A stretch of DNA of 64,000 bases from the human T2T-CHM13v2.0 reference genome, Homo sapiens, in the NCBI RefSeq assembly GCF_009914755.1, contig NC_060948.1. One strand, given 5' to 3'. The notes beneath the pieces are model-generated. The model was not told the origin of the DNA, searched no databases, and saw only the letters and a list, made by a program, of their open reading frames with translations. Shown here piece by piece: positions 14,951-34,298 of this stretch. The translations under genes and the position numbers were made by a program. Each line of letters starts with the position of its first letter. Positions within the stretch are counted from its first letter, which is position 1.

Positions 14951-17078
14951 AGATCCATATTTTTTAAATGAAAAAAAATTTCAAAGGTACTCTGCTTGGT
15001 ACAATAATCAAATGTATAAACTGAGGAATAAAACATAACCATGAAACCTACTTATAACTGCATATGGAAAATACAGAGGATAATTTTTTAAATAACATAT
15101 TTTGAAAGCCTTAACTAGTAATTTGAAGAGTTGGCATTTGAAAGGCCAGTATGAATATACCTTCAAAGCAGCAACACAGGTTCCCCATGAGAAAAAGCAA
15201 ACACAGGGAAAATAAAAACACAAAGGTTCAATCTCTTCTGACCTTTGAAAGACACAGCACAGACAGTGGTCCTGAGGACGAAGAGCAGGAGTCCCCTAAT
15301 TCCGTCACCATGGCGATAGGGCATAAACATTGCTGGGTGAGGGCACAATCCACATTGTGAGGTCCAACTGCTGCCAGGAAGACAGGAGTGCTTTTACATA
15401 GACCGAAAGGTCATTGAAGGCTCAGAGTTTTGTTTCAAGAACTGAATCCCAAGCCCACACGTTATTAGGCTGCGCTTCTTAAAACAAGTTATGAGATGGG
15501 AAAAAGGGCACCCACAAACATACGTATACATTATGTATATAATAATATACAGTGTCATATATATAATATATATAACCTATGTATAATATTGTTTTACATC
15601 CTGCATCTTATGTTATATATATTGTATAAAATATAATAATTGATAATATATAAGTTTTATAATTATACAATATGACATATAGTATATATTATAATTTATG
15701 ACATATATAATATATGTTATATATCATATATAGAATATATTATACGGTTAATATACGTATTAAATATAAATTATACATTATATATATTATATATAATATA
15801 TCTGTTATATATAATAACCATTATGCATAATATATATATTATGTCTATGTTATATATAGTATAAAACAACATATAATAATATATAATTGTATATATAAAA
15901 TGCGACATATAATATATATTATATTTTATAACATATGTAATATATATTTTATATTATATATAATACGTTGTATGTATAATACCTATATTAAATATATATT
16001 ATATGACTATGTTATTAATTACATGTCACATGTGTTATATATTATATATTTTACATAGAATATACCGGTTGCATACAATATATACTATGTTACCTATAAT
16101 GTATAATTTATTACATGTAAAATAAAGAATGCAATATATTATGTATAATTTATAATATACCATATGTGGAATGTGATATATATAACATATAATATATGAT
16201 ATATGATATACAGTATATGATATATAACATACAATATATGATTCCTAATATATATGGTATACAATATATATTTTATGATATGTATTCTATATGTTTTATA
16301 TTCTGTTATATATAACTATTTGAAATTATATATAACTGTATAATATTTTATGTAAATATGTAATATAATATATATAACTATATAATATATTATATATAAC
16401 TATATATTATGTTATATATACTTTTATAACATAATTTACATAAAATATCATAATATAATATATATTATATTATTTCATATTACATAATATATATTACATA
16501 TCACCCAATATAACTAACATACATAATATTATAATATAGATTATATTGTGTTATATTAAATATCATATATATCATGTATCATATATTCTATAATATATAT
16601 TACACATTATATAATATGTATGTTGTCTATTATGTGATATATATAACTATATATATAATTATATTTTTATACATATAACTAGATAAACATGTAATTCTAC
16701 ATATTTTCATTTATAATATGTAGAATTATATAATCATATATAATTATTTATATTCTATAAAAAATTTTATCATTATATAAATTATAATATATAAAAATTA
16801 TAATATGTACTACAAATATATATATTATATATCATATATGATATAGTACCTTTGTTATATATCATAATACATATAAATGTGTATTATGTTATCTATAATT
16901 ATATAATTTCATATATAAGATGTATAATATGTATCATATATTATATATGTTATGTAATATATATAGTATATATAAGATGACACAGGATAAATATTATATA
17001 CTATGACATATAAAATATATGAGGTTATATGTTACATATAAGGCATAGCACATAACATGTAATATGTATCACATATAA

Positions 17079-17370
17079 TTTTTTTTTAGACAGAATCTTG
17101 TCCTGTTGCACAGGGTGGGGTACAATGGCGCCATCTTTGATCACTGCAACTTCTGCCTCACGGGTCCAAGCGATTGTCCTCCCTCAGCCTCCCAGGTAGC
17201 TGGGACTACACCACACTGGGACTACACCAGCTGCCACCATGCCTAGCTAATTTTTTGGATTTTTAGTAGTGACAGCGTTTCACTGTATTGGCCAGGATGG
17301 TCTTGATCTCTTCACCTTGTGATCCCCTTGCCTTGGCCTCCAAATTTGCTGGGATTACAGGCCTGAGCCA
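17079..17370 (-). mobile_element. Alu within DYZ2 unit 8
   Basis: Near-identical copy of 140-431. Confidence 0.96.
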
Positions 17371-19477
17371 AGATCCATATTTTTTAAATGAAAAAAAATT
17401 TCAAAGGTACTCTGCTTGGTACAATAATCAAATGTATAAACTGAGGAATAAAACATAACCATGAAACCTACTTATAACTGCATATGGAAAATACAGAGGA
17501 TAATTTTTTAAATAACATATTTTGAAAGCCTTAACTAGTAATTTGAAGAGTTGGCATTTGAAAGGTCAGTATGAATATACCTTCAAAGCAGCAACACAGG
17601 TTCCCCATGAGAAAAAGCAAACACAGGGAAAACAAAAACACAAAGGTTCAATCTCTTCTGACCTTTGAAAGACACAGCACAGACAGTGGTCCTTAGGACG
17701 AAGAGCAGGAGACCCCTAATTCCGTCACCATGGCGATAGGGCATAAACATTGCTGGGTGAGGGCACAATCCACATTGTGAGGTCCAACTGCTGCCAGGAA
17801 GACAGGAGTGCTTTTACATAGACCGAAAGGTCATTGAAGGCTCAGAGTTTTGTTTCAAGAACTGAATCCCAAGCCCACACGTTATTAGGCTGCGCTTCTT
17901 AAAACAAGTTATGAGATGGGAAAAAGGGCACCCACAAACATACGTATACATTATGTATATAATAATATACAGTATCATATATATAATATATATAACCTAT
18001 GTATAATATTGTTTTACATCCTGCATCTTATGTTATATATATTGTATAAAATATAATAATTGATAATATATAAGTTTTATAATTATACAATATGACATAT
18101 AGTATATATTATAATTTATGACATATATAATATATGTTATATGTCATATATAGAATATATTATACGGTTAATATACGTATTAAATATAAATTATACATTA
18201 TATATATTATATATAGTATATCTGTTATATATAATACCCATTATGAATAATATATATATTATGTCTATGTTATATATAGTATAAAACAACATATAATAAT
18301 ATATAATTGTATATATAAAATGCGACATAGAATATATATTATATTTTATAACATATGTAATATATATTATATATTATATATAATACGTTGTATGTATAAT
18401 ACCTATATTAAATATATATTATATGACTATGTTATTAATTACATGTCACATGTGTTATATATTATATATTTTACATAGAATATACCGGTTACATACAATA
18501 TATACTATGTTACCTATAATGTATAATTTATTACATGTAAAATAAATAATGCAATATATTATGTATAATTTATAATATACCATATGTGGAATGTGATATA
18601 TATAACATATAATATATGATATATGATATACAGTATATGATATATAACATACAATATATGATTCCTAATATATATGGTATACAATATATATTTTATGATA
18701 TGTATTCTATATGTTTTATATTCTGTTATATATAACTATTTGAAATTATATATAACTGTATAATATTTTATGTAAATATGTAATATAATATATATAACTA
18801 TATAATATATTATATATAACTATATATTATGTTATATATACTTTTATAACATAATTTACATAAAATATCATAATATAGTATATATTATATTATTTCATAT
18901 TACATAATATATATTACATATCACCGAATATAACTAACATACATAATATTATAATATAGATTATATTGTGTTATATTAAATATCATATATATCATGTATC
19001 ATATATTCTATAATATATATTACACATTATATAATATGTATGTTGTCTATTATGTGATATATATAACTATATATATAATTATATTTTTATACATATAACT
19101 AGATAAACATGTAATTCTACATATTTTCATTTATAATATGTAGAATTATATAATCATATATAATTATTTATATTCTATAAAAAATTTTATCATTATATAA
19201 ATTATAATATATAAAAATTATAATATGTACTACAAATATATATATATTATATATCATATATGATATAGTACCTTTGTTATATATCATAATACATATAAAT
19301 GTGTATTATGTTATCTATAATTATATAATTTCATATATAAGATGTATAATATGTATCATATATTATATATGTTATGTAATATATATAGTATATATAAGAT
19401 GACACAGGATAAATATTATATACTATGACATATAAAATATATGAGGTTATATGTTACATATAAGGCATAGCACATAA

Positions 19478-19792
<315 letters not shown>

Positions 19793-21922
19793 AGATCCAT
19801 ATTTTTTAAATGAAAAAAAATTTCAAAGGTACTCTGCTTGGTACAATAATCAAATGTATAAACTGAGGAATAAAACATAACCATGAAACCTACTTATAAC
19901 TGCATATGGAAAATACAGAGAATAATTTTTTAAATAACATATTTTGAAAGCCTTAACTAGTAATTTGAAGAGTTGGCATTTGAAAGGCCAGTATGAATAT
20001 ACCTTCAAAGCAGCAACACAGGTTCCCCATGAGAAAAAGCAAACACAGGGAAAACAAAAACACAAAGGTTCAATCTCTTCTGACCTTTGAAAGACACAGC
20101 ACAGACAGTGGTCCTTAGGATGAAGAGCAGGAGACCCCGAATTCCGTCACCATGGCGATAGGGCATAAACATTGTTGGGTGAGGGCACAATCCACATTGT
20201 GAGGTCCAACTGCTGCCAGGAAGACAGGAGTGCTTTTACATAGACCTAAAGGTCATTGAAGGCTCAGAGTTTTGTTTCAAGAAATGAATCCCAAGCCCAC
20301 ACGTTATTAGGCTGCGCTTCTTAAAACAAGTTATGAGATGGGAAAAAGGGCACCCACAAACATACGTATACATTATGTATATAATAATATACAGTATCAT
20401 ATATATAATATATATAACCTATGTATAATACTGTTTTACATCCTGCATCTTATGTTATATATATTGTATAAAATATAATAATTGATAATATATAAGTTTT
20501 ATAATTATACAATATGACATATAGTATATATTATAATTTATGACATATATAATATATGTTATATGTCATATATAGAATATATTATACGGTTAATATACGT
20601 ATTAAATATAAATTATACATTATATATATTATATATAATATATCTGTTATATATAATACCCATTATGCATAATATATATATTATGTCTATATTATATATA
20701 GTATAAAACAACATATAATAATATATAATTGTATATATAAAATGCGACATATAATATATATTATATTTTATAACATATGTAATATATATTATATATTATA
20801 TATAATACGTTGTATGTATAATACCTATATTAAATATATATTATATGACTATGTTATTAATTACATGTCACATGTGTTATATATTATATATTTTACATAG
20901 AATATACCGGTTACATACAATATATACTATGTTACCTATAATGTATAATTTATTACATGTAAAAGAAAGAATGCAATATATTATGTATAATTTATAATAT
21001 ACAATATGTGGAATGTGATATATATAACATATAATATATGATATATGATATACAGTATATGATATATAACATACAATATATGATTCCTAATGTATATGGT
21101 ATACAATATATATTTTATGATATGTATTCTATATGTTTTATATTCTGTTATATATAACTATTTGAAATTATATATAACTGTATAATATTTTATGTAAATA
21201 TGTAATATAATATATATAGCTATATAATATATTATATATAACTATATATTATGTTATATATACTTTTATAACATAATTTACATAAAATATCATAATATAA
21301 TATATATTATATTATTTCATATTACATAATATATATTACATATCACCCAATATAACTAACATACATAATATTATAATATAGATTATATTGTGTTATATTA
21401 TATATCATATATATCATGTATCATATATTCAATAATATATATTACACATTATATAATATGTATGTTGTCTATTATGTGATATATATAACTCTATATATAA
21501 TTATATTTTTATACATATAACTAGATAAACATGTAATTCTACATATTTTCATTTATAATATGTAGAATTATATAATCATATATAATTATTTATATTCTAT
21601 AAAAAATTTTATCATTATATAAATTATAATATATAAAAATTATAATATGTACTACAAATATATATATATTATATATCATATATGATATAGTACCTTTGTT
21701 ATATATCATAATACATATAAATGTGTATTATGTTATCTATAATTATATAATTTCATATATAAGATGTATAATATGTATCATATATTATATAAGTTATGTA
21801 ATATATATAGTATATATAAGATGACACAGGATAAATATTATATACTATGACATATAAAATATATGAGGTTATATGTTACATATAAGGCATAGCACATAAC
21901 ATGTAATATATATCATATATAA

Positions 21923-22214
21923 TTTTTTTTTAGACAGAATCTTGTCCTGTTGCACAGGGTTGGGTACAATGGCGCCATCTTTGCTCACTGCAACTTCTGC
22001 CTCACGGGTCCAAGCGATTGTCCTCCCTCAGCCTCCCAGGTAGCTGGGACTACACCACACTGGGACTACACCAGCTGCCACCATGCCTAGCTAATTTTTT
22101 GGATTTTTAGTAGTGACAGCGTTTCACTGTATTGGCCAGTTTGGTCTTGATCTCTTCACCTTGTGATCCCCTTGCCTTGGCCTCCAAATTTGCTGGGATT
22201 ACAGGCCTGAGCCA
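21923..22214 (-). mobile_element. Alu within DYZ2 unit 10
   Basis: Near-identical copy of 140-431. Confidence 0.96.
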
Positions 22215-24342
22215 AGATCCATATTTTTTAAATGAAAAAAAATTTCAAAGGTACTCTGCTTGGTACAATAATCAAATGTATAAACTGAGGAATAAAACAT
22301 AACCATGAAACCTACTTATAACTGCATATGGAAAATACAGAGGATAATTTTTTAAATAACATATTTTGAAAGCCTTAACTAGTAATTTGAAGAGTTGGCA
22401 TTTGAAAGGCCAGTATGAATATACCTTCAAAGCAGCAACACAGGTTCCCCATGAGAAAAAGCAAACACAGGGAAAATAAAAACACAAAGGTTCAATCTCT
22501 TCTGACCTTTGAAAGACACAGCACAGACAGTGGTCCTTAGGACGAAGAGCAGGAGACCCCTAATTCCGTCACCATGGCGATAGGGCATAAACATTGCTGG
22601 GTGAGGGCACAATCCACATTGTGAGGTCCAACTGCTGCCAGGAAGACAGGAGTGCTTTTACATAGACCGAAAGGTCATTGAAGGCTCAGAGTTTTGTTTC
22701 AAGAACTGAATCCCAAGCCCACACGTTATTAGGCTGCGCTTCTTAAAACAAGTTATGAGATGGGAAAAAGGGCACCCACAAACATACGTATACATTATGT
22801 ATATAATAATATACAGTATCATATATATAATATATATAACCTATGTATAATATTGTTTTACATCCTGCATCTTATGTTATATATATTGTATAAAATATAA
22901 TAATTGATAATATATAAGTTTTATAATTATACAATATGACATATAGTATATATTATAATTTATGACATATATAATATATGTTATATGTCATATATAGAAT
23001 ATATTATACGGTTAATATACGTATTAAATATAAATTATACATTATATATATTATATATAATATATCTGTTATATATAATACCCTTTATGCATAAAATATA
23101 TATTATGTCTATGTTATATATAGTATAAAACAACATATAATAATATATAATTGTATATATAAAATGCGACATATAATATATATTATATTTTATAACATAT
23201 GTAATATATATTATATATTATATATAATACGTTGTATGTATAATACCTGTATTAAATATATATTATATGACTATGTTATTAATTACATGTCACATGTGTT
23301 ATATATTATATATTTTGCATAGAATATACCGGTTACATACAATATATACTATGTTACCTATAATGTATAATTTATTACATGTAAAATAAAGAATGCAATA
23401 TATTATGTATAATTTATAATATACCATATGTGGAATGTGATATATATAACATATAATATATGATATATGATATACAGTATATGATATATAACATACAATA
23501 TATGATTCCTAATATATATGGTATACAATATATATTTTATGATATGTATTCTATATGTTTTATATTCTGTTATATATAACTATTTGAAATTATATATAAC
23601 TGTATAATATTTTATGTAAATATGTAATATAATATATATAACTATATAATATATTATATATAACTATATATTATGTTATATATACTTTTATAACATAATT
23701 TACATAAAATATCATAATATAATATATATTATATTATTTCATATTACATAATATATATTACATATCACCCAATATAACTAACATACATAATATTATAATA
23801 TAGATTATATTGTGTTATATTAAATATCATATATATCATGTATCATATATTCTATAATATATATTACACATTATATAATATGTATGTTGTCTATTATGTG
23901 ATATATATAACTATATATATAATTATATTTTTATACATATAACTAGATAAACATGTAATTCTACATATTTTCATTTATAATATGTAGAATTATATAATCA
24001 TATATAATTATTTATATTCTATAAAAAATTTTATCATTATATAAATTATAATATATAAAAATTATAATATGTACTACAAATATATATATTATATATCATA
24101 TATGATATAGTACCTTTGTTATATATCATAATACATATAAATGTGTATTATGTTATCTATAATTATATAATTTCATATATAAGATGTATAATATGTATCA
24201 TATATTATATATGTTATGTAATATATATAGTATATATAAGATGACACAGGATAAATATTATATACTATGACATATAAAATATATGAGGTTATATGTTACA
24301 TATAAGGCATAGCACATAACATGTAATATGTATCACATATAA

Positions 24343-24634
24343 TTTTTTTTTAGACAGAATCTTGTCCTGTTGCACAGGGTGGGGTACAATGGCGCCATCT
24401 TTGATCACTGCAACTTCTGCCTCACGGGTCCAAGCGATTGTCCTCCCTCAGCCTCCCAGGTAGCTGGGACTACACCACACTGGGACTACACCAGCTGCCA
24501 CCATGCCTTGCTAATTTTTTGGATTTTTAGTAGTGACAGCGTTTCACTGTATTGGCCAGGATGGTCTTGATCTCTTCACCTTGTGATCCCCTTGCCTTGG
24601 CCTCCAAATTTGCTGGGATTACAGGCCTGAGCCA
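24343..24634 (-). mobile_element. Alu within DYZ2 unit 11
   Basis: Near-identical copy of 140-431. Confidence 0.96.
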
Positions 24635-26735
24635 AGATCCATATTTTTTAAATGAAAAAAAATTTCAAAGGTACTCTGCTTGGTACAATAATCAAATGTA
24701 TAAACTGAGGAATAAAACATAACCATGAAACCTACTTATAACTGCATATGGAAAATACAGAGGATAATTTTTTAAATAACATATTTTGAAAGCCTTAACT
24801 AGTAATTTGAAGAGTTGGCATTTGAAAGGTCAGTATGAATATACCTTCAAAGCAGCAACACAGGTTCCCCATGAGAAAAAGCAAACACAGGGAAAACAAA
24901 AACACAAAGGTTCAATCTCTTCTGACCTTTGAAAGACACAGCACAGACAGTGGTCCTTAGGACGAAGAGCAGGAGACCCCTAATTCCGTCACCATGGCGA
25001 TAGGGCATAAACATTGCTGGGTGAGGGCACAATCCACATTGTGAGGTCCAACTGCTGCCAGGAAGACAGGAGTGCTTTTACATAGACCGAAAGGTCATTG
25101 AAGGCTCAGAGTTTTGTTTCAAGAACTGAATCCCAAGCCCACACGTTATTAGGCTGCGCTTCTTAAAACAAGTTATGAGATGGGAAAAAGGGCACCCACA
25201 AACATACGTATACATTATGTATATAATAATATACAGTATCATATATATAATATATATAACCTATGTATAATATTGTTTTACATCCTGCATCTTATGTTAT
25301 ATATATTGTATAAAATATAATAATTGATAATATATAAGTTTTATAATTATGCAATATGACATATAGTATATATTATAATTTATGACATATATAATATATG
25401 TTATATGTCATATATAGAATATATTATACGGTTAATATACGTATTAAATATAAATTATACATTATATATATTATATATAATATATCTGTTATATATAATA
25501 CCCATTATGAATAATATATATATTATGTCTATGTTATATATAGTATAAAACAACATATAATAATATATAATTGTATATATAAAATGCGACATAGAATATA
25601 TATTATATTTTATAACATATGTAATATATATTATATATTATATATAATACGTTGTATGTATAATACCTATATTAAATATATATTATATGACTATGTTATT
25701 AATTACATGTCACATGTGTTATATATTATATATTTTACATAGAATATACCGGTTACATACAATATATACTATGTTACCTATAATGTATAATTTATTACAT
25801 GTAAAATAAATAATGCAATATATTATGTATAATTTATAATATACCATATGTGGAATGTGATATATATAACATATAATATATGATATATGATATACAGTAT
25901 ATGATATATAACATACAATATATGATTCCTAATATATATGGTATACAATATATATTTTATGATATGTATTCTATATGTTTTATATTCTGTTATATATAAC
26001 TATTTGAAATTATATATAACTGTATAATATTTTATGTAAATATGTAATATAATATATATAACTATATAATATATTATATATAACTATATATTATGTTATA
26101 TATACTTTTATAACATAATTTACATAAAATATCATAATATAATATATATTATATTATTTCATATTACATAATATATATTACATATCACCCAATATAACTA
26201 ACATACATAATATTATAATATAGATTATATTGTGTTATATTAAATATCATATATATCATGTATCATATATTCTATAATATATATTACACATTATATAATA
26301 TGTATGTTGTCTATTATGTGATATATATAACTATATATATAATTATATTTTTATACATATAACTAGATAAACTTGTAATTCTACATATTTTCATTTATAA
26401 TATGTAGAATTATATAATCATATATAATTATATTCTATAAAAAATTTTATCATTATATAAATTATAATATATAAAAATTATAATATGTACTACAAATATA
26501 TATATTATATATCATATATGATATAGTACCTTTGTTATATATCATAATACATATAAATGTGTATTATGTTATCTATAATTATATAATTTCATATATAAGA
26601 TGTATAATATGTATCATATATTATATATGTTATGTAATATATATAGTATATATAAGATGACACAGGATAAATATTATATACTATGACATATAAAATATAT
26701 GAGGTTATATGTTACATATAAGGCATAGCACATAA

Positions 26736-27050
<315 letters not shown>

Positions 27051-29148
27051 AGATCCATATTTTTTAAATGAAAAAAAATTTCAAAGGTACTCTGCTTGGT
27101 ACAATAATCAAATGTATAAACTGAGGAATAAAACATAACCATGAAACCTACTTATAACTGCATATGGAAAATACAGAGGATAATTTTTTAAATAACATAT
27201 TTTGAAAGCCTTAACTAGTAATTTGAAGAGTTGGCATTTGAAAGGCCAGTATGAATATACCTTCAAAGCAGCAACACAGGTTCCCCATGAGAAAAAGCAA
27301 ACACAGGGAAAACAAAAACACAAAGGTTCAATCTCTTCTGACCTTTGAAAGACACAGCACAGACAGTGGTCCTTAGGACGAAGAGCAGGAGACCCCTAAT
27401 TCCGTCACCATGGCGATAGGGCATAAACATTGCTGGGTGAGGGCACAATCCACATTGTGAGGTCCAACTGCTGCCAGGAAGACAGGAGTGCTTTTACATA
27501 GACCGAAAGGTCATTGAAGGCTCAGAGTTTTGTTTCAAGAACTGAATCCCAAGCCCACACGTTATTAGGCTGCGCTTCTTAAAACAAGTTATGAGATGGG
27601 AAAAAGGGCACCCACAAACATACGTATACATTATGTATATAATAATATATAGTATGATATATATAATATATATAACCTATGTATAATATTGTTTTACATC
27701 CTGCATCTTATGTTATATGTATTTTATAAAATATAATAATTGATAATATATAAGTTTTATAATTATACAATATGACATATAGTATATATTATAATTTATG
27801 ACATATATAATATATGTTATATGTCATATATAGAATATATTATACGGTTAATATACGTATTAAATATAACTTATACATTATATATATTATATATAATATA
27901 TCTGTTATATATAATACCCATTATGCATAATATATATATTATGTCTATGTTATATATATTATAAAACAACATATAATAATATATAATTGTATATATAAAA
28001 TGCGACATAGAATATATATTATATTTTATAACATATGTAATATATATTATATATAATACGTTGTATGTATAATACCTATATTAAATATATATTATATGAT
28101 TATGTTATTAATTACATGTCACATGTGTTATATATTATATATTTTACATAGAATATACCGGTTACATACAATATATACTATGTTACCTATAATGTATAAT
28201 TTATTACATGTAAAATAAAGACTGCAATATATTATGTATAATTTATAATATACAATATGTGGAATGTGATATATATAACATATAATATATGATATGTGAT
28301 ATACAGTATATGATATATAACATACAATATATGATTCCTAATATATATGGTATACAATATATATTTTATGATATGTATTCTATATGTTTTATATTCTGTT
28401 ATATATAACTATTTGAAATTATATATAACTGTATAATATTTTATGTAAATATGTAATATAATATATATAACTATATAATATATTAGATATAACTATATAT
28501 TATGTTATATATACTTTTATAACATAATTTACATAAAATATCATAATATAATATATATTATATTATTTCATATTACATAATATATATTACATATCACCCA
28601 ATATAACTAACATACATAATATTATAATATAGATTATATTGTGTTATATTAAATATCATATATATCATGTATCATATATTCTATAATATATATTACACGT
28701 TATATAATATGTATGTTGTCTATTATGTGATATATATAACTATATATATAATTATATTTTTATACATATAACTAGATAAACATGTAATTCTACATATTTT
28801 CATTTATAATATGTAGAATTATATAATCATATATAATTATTTATATTCTATAAAAAATTTTATCATTATATAAATTATAATATATAAAAATTATAATATG
28901 TACTACAAATATATATATTATATATCATATATGATATAGTACCTTTGTTATATATCATAATACATATAAATGTGTATTATGTTATCTATAATTATATAAT
29001 TTCATATATAAGATGTATAATATGTGTCATATATTATATATGTTATGTAATATATATAGTATATATAAGATGACACAGGATAAATATTATATACTATGAC
29101 ATATAAAATATATGAGGTTATATGTTACATATAAGGCATAGCACATAA

Positions 29149-29463
<315 letters not shown>

Positions 29464-31568
29464 AGATCCATATTTTTTAAATGAAAAAAAATTTCAAAGG
29501 TACTCTGCTTGGTACAATAATCAAATGTATAAACTGAGGAATAAAACATAACCATGAAACCTACTTATAACTGCATATGGAAAATACAGAGGATAATTTT
29601 TTAAATAACATATTTTGAAAGCCTTAACTAGTAATTTGAAGAGTTGGCATTTGAAAGGCCAGTATGAATATACCTTCAAAGCAGCAACACAGGTTCCCCA
29701 TGAGAAAAAGCAAACACAGGGAAAATAAAAACACAAAGGTTCAATCTCTTCTGACCTTTGAAAGACACAGCACAGACAGTGGTCCTTAGGACGAAGAGCA
29801 GGAGACCCCTAATTCCGTCACCATGGCGATAGGGCATAAACATTGCTGGGTGAGGGCACAATCCACATTGTGAGGTCCAACTGCTGCCAGGAAGACAGGA
29901 GTGCTTTTACATAGACCGAAAGGTCATTGAAGGCTCAGAGTTTTGTTTCAAGAACTGAATCCCAAGCCCACACGTTATTAGGCTGCGCTTCTTAAAACAA
30001 GTTATGAGATGGGAAAAAGGGCACCCACAAACATACGTATACATTATGTATATAATAATATACAGTATCATATATATAATATATATAACCTATGTATAAT
30101 ATTGTTTTACATCCTGCATCTTATGTTATATATATTGTATAAAATATAATAATTGATAATATATAAGTTTTATAATTATACAATATGACATATAGTATAT
30201 ATTATAATTTATGACATATATAATATATGTTATATATCATATATAGAATATATTATACGGTTAATATACGTATTAAATATAAATTATACATTATATATAT
30301 TATATATAATATATCTGTTATATATAATACCCATTATGCATAATATATATATTATGTCTATGTTATATATAGTATAAAACAACATATAATAATATATAAT
30401 TGTATATATAAAATGCGACATATAATATATATTATATTTTATAACATATGTAATATATATTATATATTATATATAATACGTTGTATGTATAATACCTATA
30501 TTAAATATATATTATATGACTATGTTATTAATTACATGTCACATGTGTTATATATTATATATTTTACATAGAATATACCGGTTACATACAATATATACTA
30601 TGTTACCTATAATGTATAATTTATTACATGTAAAATAAATAATGCAATATATTATGTATAATTTATAATATACCATATGTGGAATGTGATATATATAACA
30701 TATAATATATGATATATGATATACAGTATATGATATATAACATACAATATATGATTCCTAATATATATGGTATACAATATATATTTTATGATAAGTATTC
30801 TATATGTTTTATATTCTGTTATATATAACTATTTGAAATTATATATAACTGGATAATATTTTATGTAAATATGTAATATAATATATATAACTATATAATA
30901 TATTATATATAACTATATATTATGTTATATATACTTTTATAACATAATTTACATAAAATATCATAATATAATATATATTATATTATTTCATATTACATAA
31001 TATATATTACATATCACCCAGTATAACTAACATACATAATATTATAATATAGATTATATTCTGTTATATTAAATATCATATATATCATGTATCATATATT
31101 CTATAATATATATTACACATTATATAATATGTATGTTATCTATTATGTGATATATATAACTATATATATAATTATATTTTTATACATATAACTAGATAAA
31201 CATGTAATTCTACATATTTTCATTTATAATATGTAGAATTATATAATCATATATAATTATTTATATTCTATAAAAAATTTTATCATTATATAAATTATAA
31301 TATATAAAAATTATAATATGTACTACAAATATATATATTATATATCATATATGATATAGTACCTTTGTTGTATATCATAATACATATAAATGTGTATTAT
31401 GTTATCTATAATTATATAATTTCATATATAAGATGTATAATATGTATCATATATTATATATGTTATGTAATATATATAGTATATATAAGATGACACAGGA
31501 TAAATATTATATACTATGACATATAAAATATATCAGGTTATATGTTACATATAAGGCATAGCACATAA

Positions 31569-31883
<315 letters not shown>

Positions 31884-33983
31884 AGATCCATATTTTTTAA
31901 ATGAAAAAAAATTTCAAAGGTACTCTGCTTGGTACAATAATCAAATGTATAAACTGAGGAATAAAACATAACCATGAAACCTACTTATAACTGCATATGG
32001 AAAATACAGAGGATATTTTTTTAAATAACATATTTTGAAAGCCTTAACTAGTAATTTGAAGAGTTGGCATTTGAAAGGCCAGTATGAATATACCTTCAAA
32101 GCAGCAACAGAGGTTCCCCATGAGAAAAAGCAAACACAGGGAAAATAAAAACACAAAGGTTCAATCTCTTCTGACCTTTGAAAGACACAGCACAGACAGT
32201 GGTCCTTAGGACGAAGAGCAGGAGACCCCTAATTCCGTCACCATGGCGATAGGGCATAAACATTGCTGGGTGAGGGCACAATCCACATTGTGAGGTCCAA
32301 CTGCTGCCAGGAAGACAGGAGTGCTTTTACATAGACCGAAAGGTCATTGAAGGCTCAGAGTTTTGTTTCAAGAACTGAATCCCAAGCCCACACGTTATTA
32401 GGCTGCGCTTCTTAAAACAAGTTATGAGATGGGAAAAAGGGCACCCACAAACATACGTATACATTATGTATATAATAATATACAGTATCATATATATAAT
32501 ATATATAACCTATGTATAATATTGTTTTACATCCTGCATCTTATGTTATATATATTGTATAAAATATAATAATTGATAATATATAAGTTTTATAATTATA
32601 CAATATGACATATGGTATATAATATAATTTATGACATATATAATATATGTTATATGTCATATATAGAATATATTATACGGTTAATATACGTATTAAATAT
32701 AAATTATACATTATATATATTATATATATCTGTTATATATAATACCCATTATGCATAATATATATATTATGTCTATGTTATATATAGTATAAAACAACAT
32801 ATAATAATATATAATTGTATATATAAAATGCGACATATAATATATATTATATTTTATAACATATGTAATATATATTATATATTATATATAATACGTTGTA
32901 TGTATAATACCTATATTAAATATATATTATATGACTATGTTATTAATTACATGTCACATGTGTTATATATTATATATTTTACATAGAATATACCGGTTAC
33001 ATACAATATATACTATGTTACCTATAATGTATAATTTATTACATGTAAAATAAATAATGCAATATATTATGTATATTTTATAATATACCATATGTGGAAT
33101 GTGATATATATAACATATAATATATGATATATGATATACAGTATATGATATATAACATACAATATATGATTCCTAATATATATGGTATACAATATATATT
33201 TTATGATAAGTATTCTATATGTTTTATATTCTGTTATATATAACTATTTGAAATTATATATAACTGTATAATATTTTATGTAAATATGTAATATAATATA
33301 TATAACTATATAATATATTATATATAACTATATATTATGTTATATATACTTTTATAACATAATTTACATAAAATATCATAATATAATATATATTATATTA
33401 TTTCATATTACATAATATATATTACATATCACCCAATATAACTAACATACATAATATTATAATATAGATTATATTGTGTTATATTAAATATCATATATAT
33501 CATGTATCATATATTCTATAATATATATTACACATTATATAATATGCATGTTGTCTATTATGTGATATATATAACTATATATATAATTATATTTTTATAC
33601 ATATAACTAGATAAACATGTAATTCTACATATTTTCATTTATAATGTGTAGAAATATATAATCATATATAATTATTTATATTCTATAAAAAATTTTATCA
33701 TTATATAAATTATAATATATAAAAATTATAATATGTACTACAAATATATATATTATATATCATATATGATATAGTACCTTTGTTATATATCATAATACAT
33801 ATAAATGTTTATTATGTTATCTATAATTATATAATTTCATATATAAGATGTATAATATGTATCATATATTATATAAGTTATGTAATATATATAGTATATA
33901 TAAGATGACACAGGATAAATATTATATACTATGACATATAAAATATATGAGGTTATATGTTACATATAAGGCATAGCACATAA

Positions 33984-34298
<315 letters not shown>

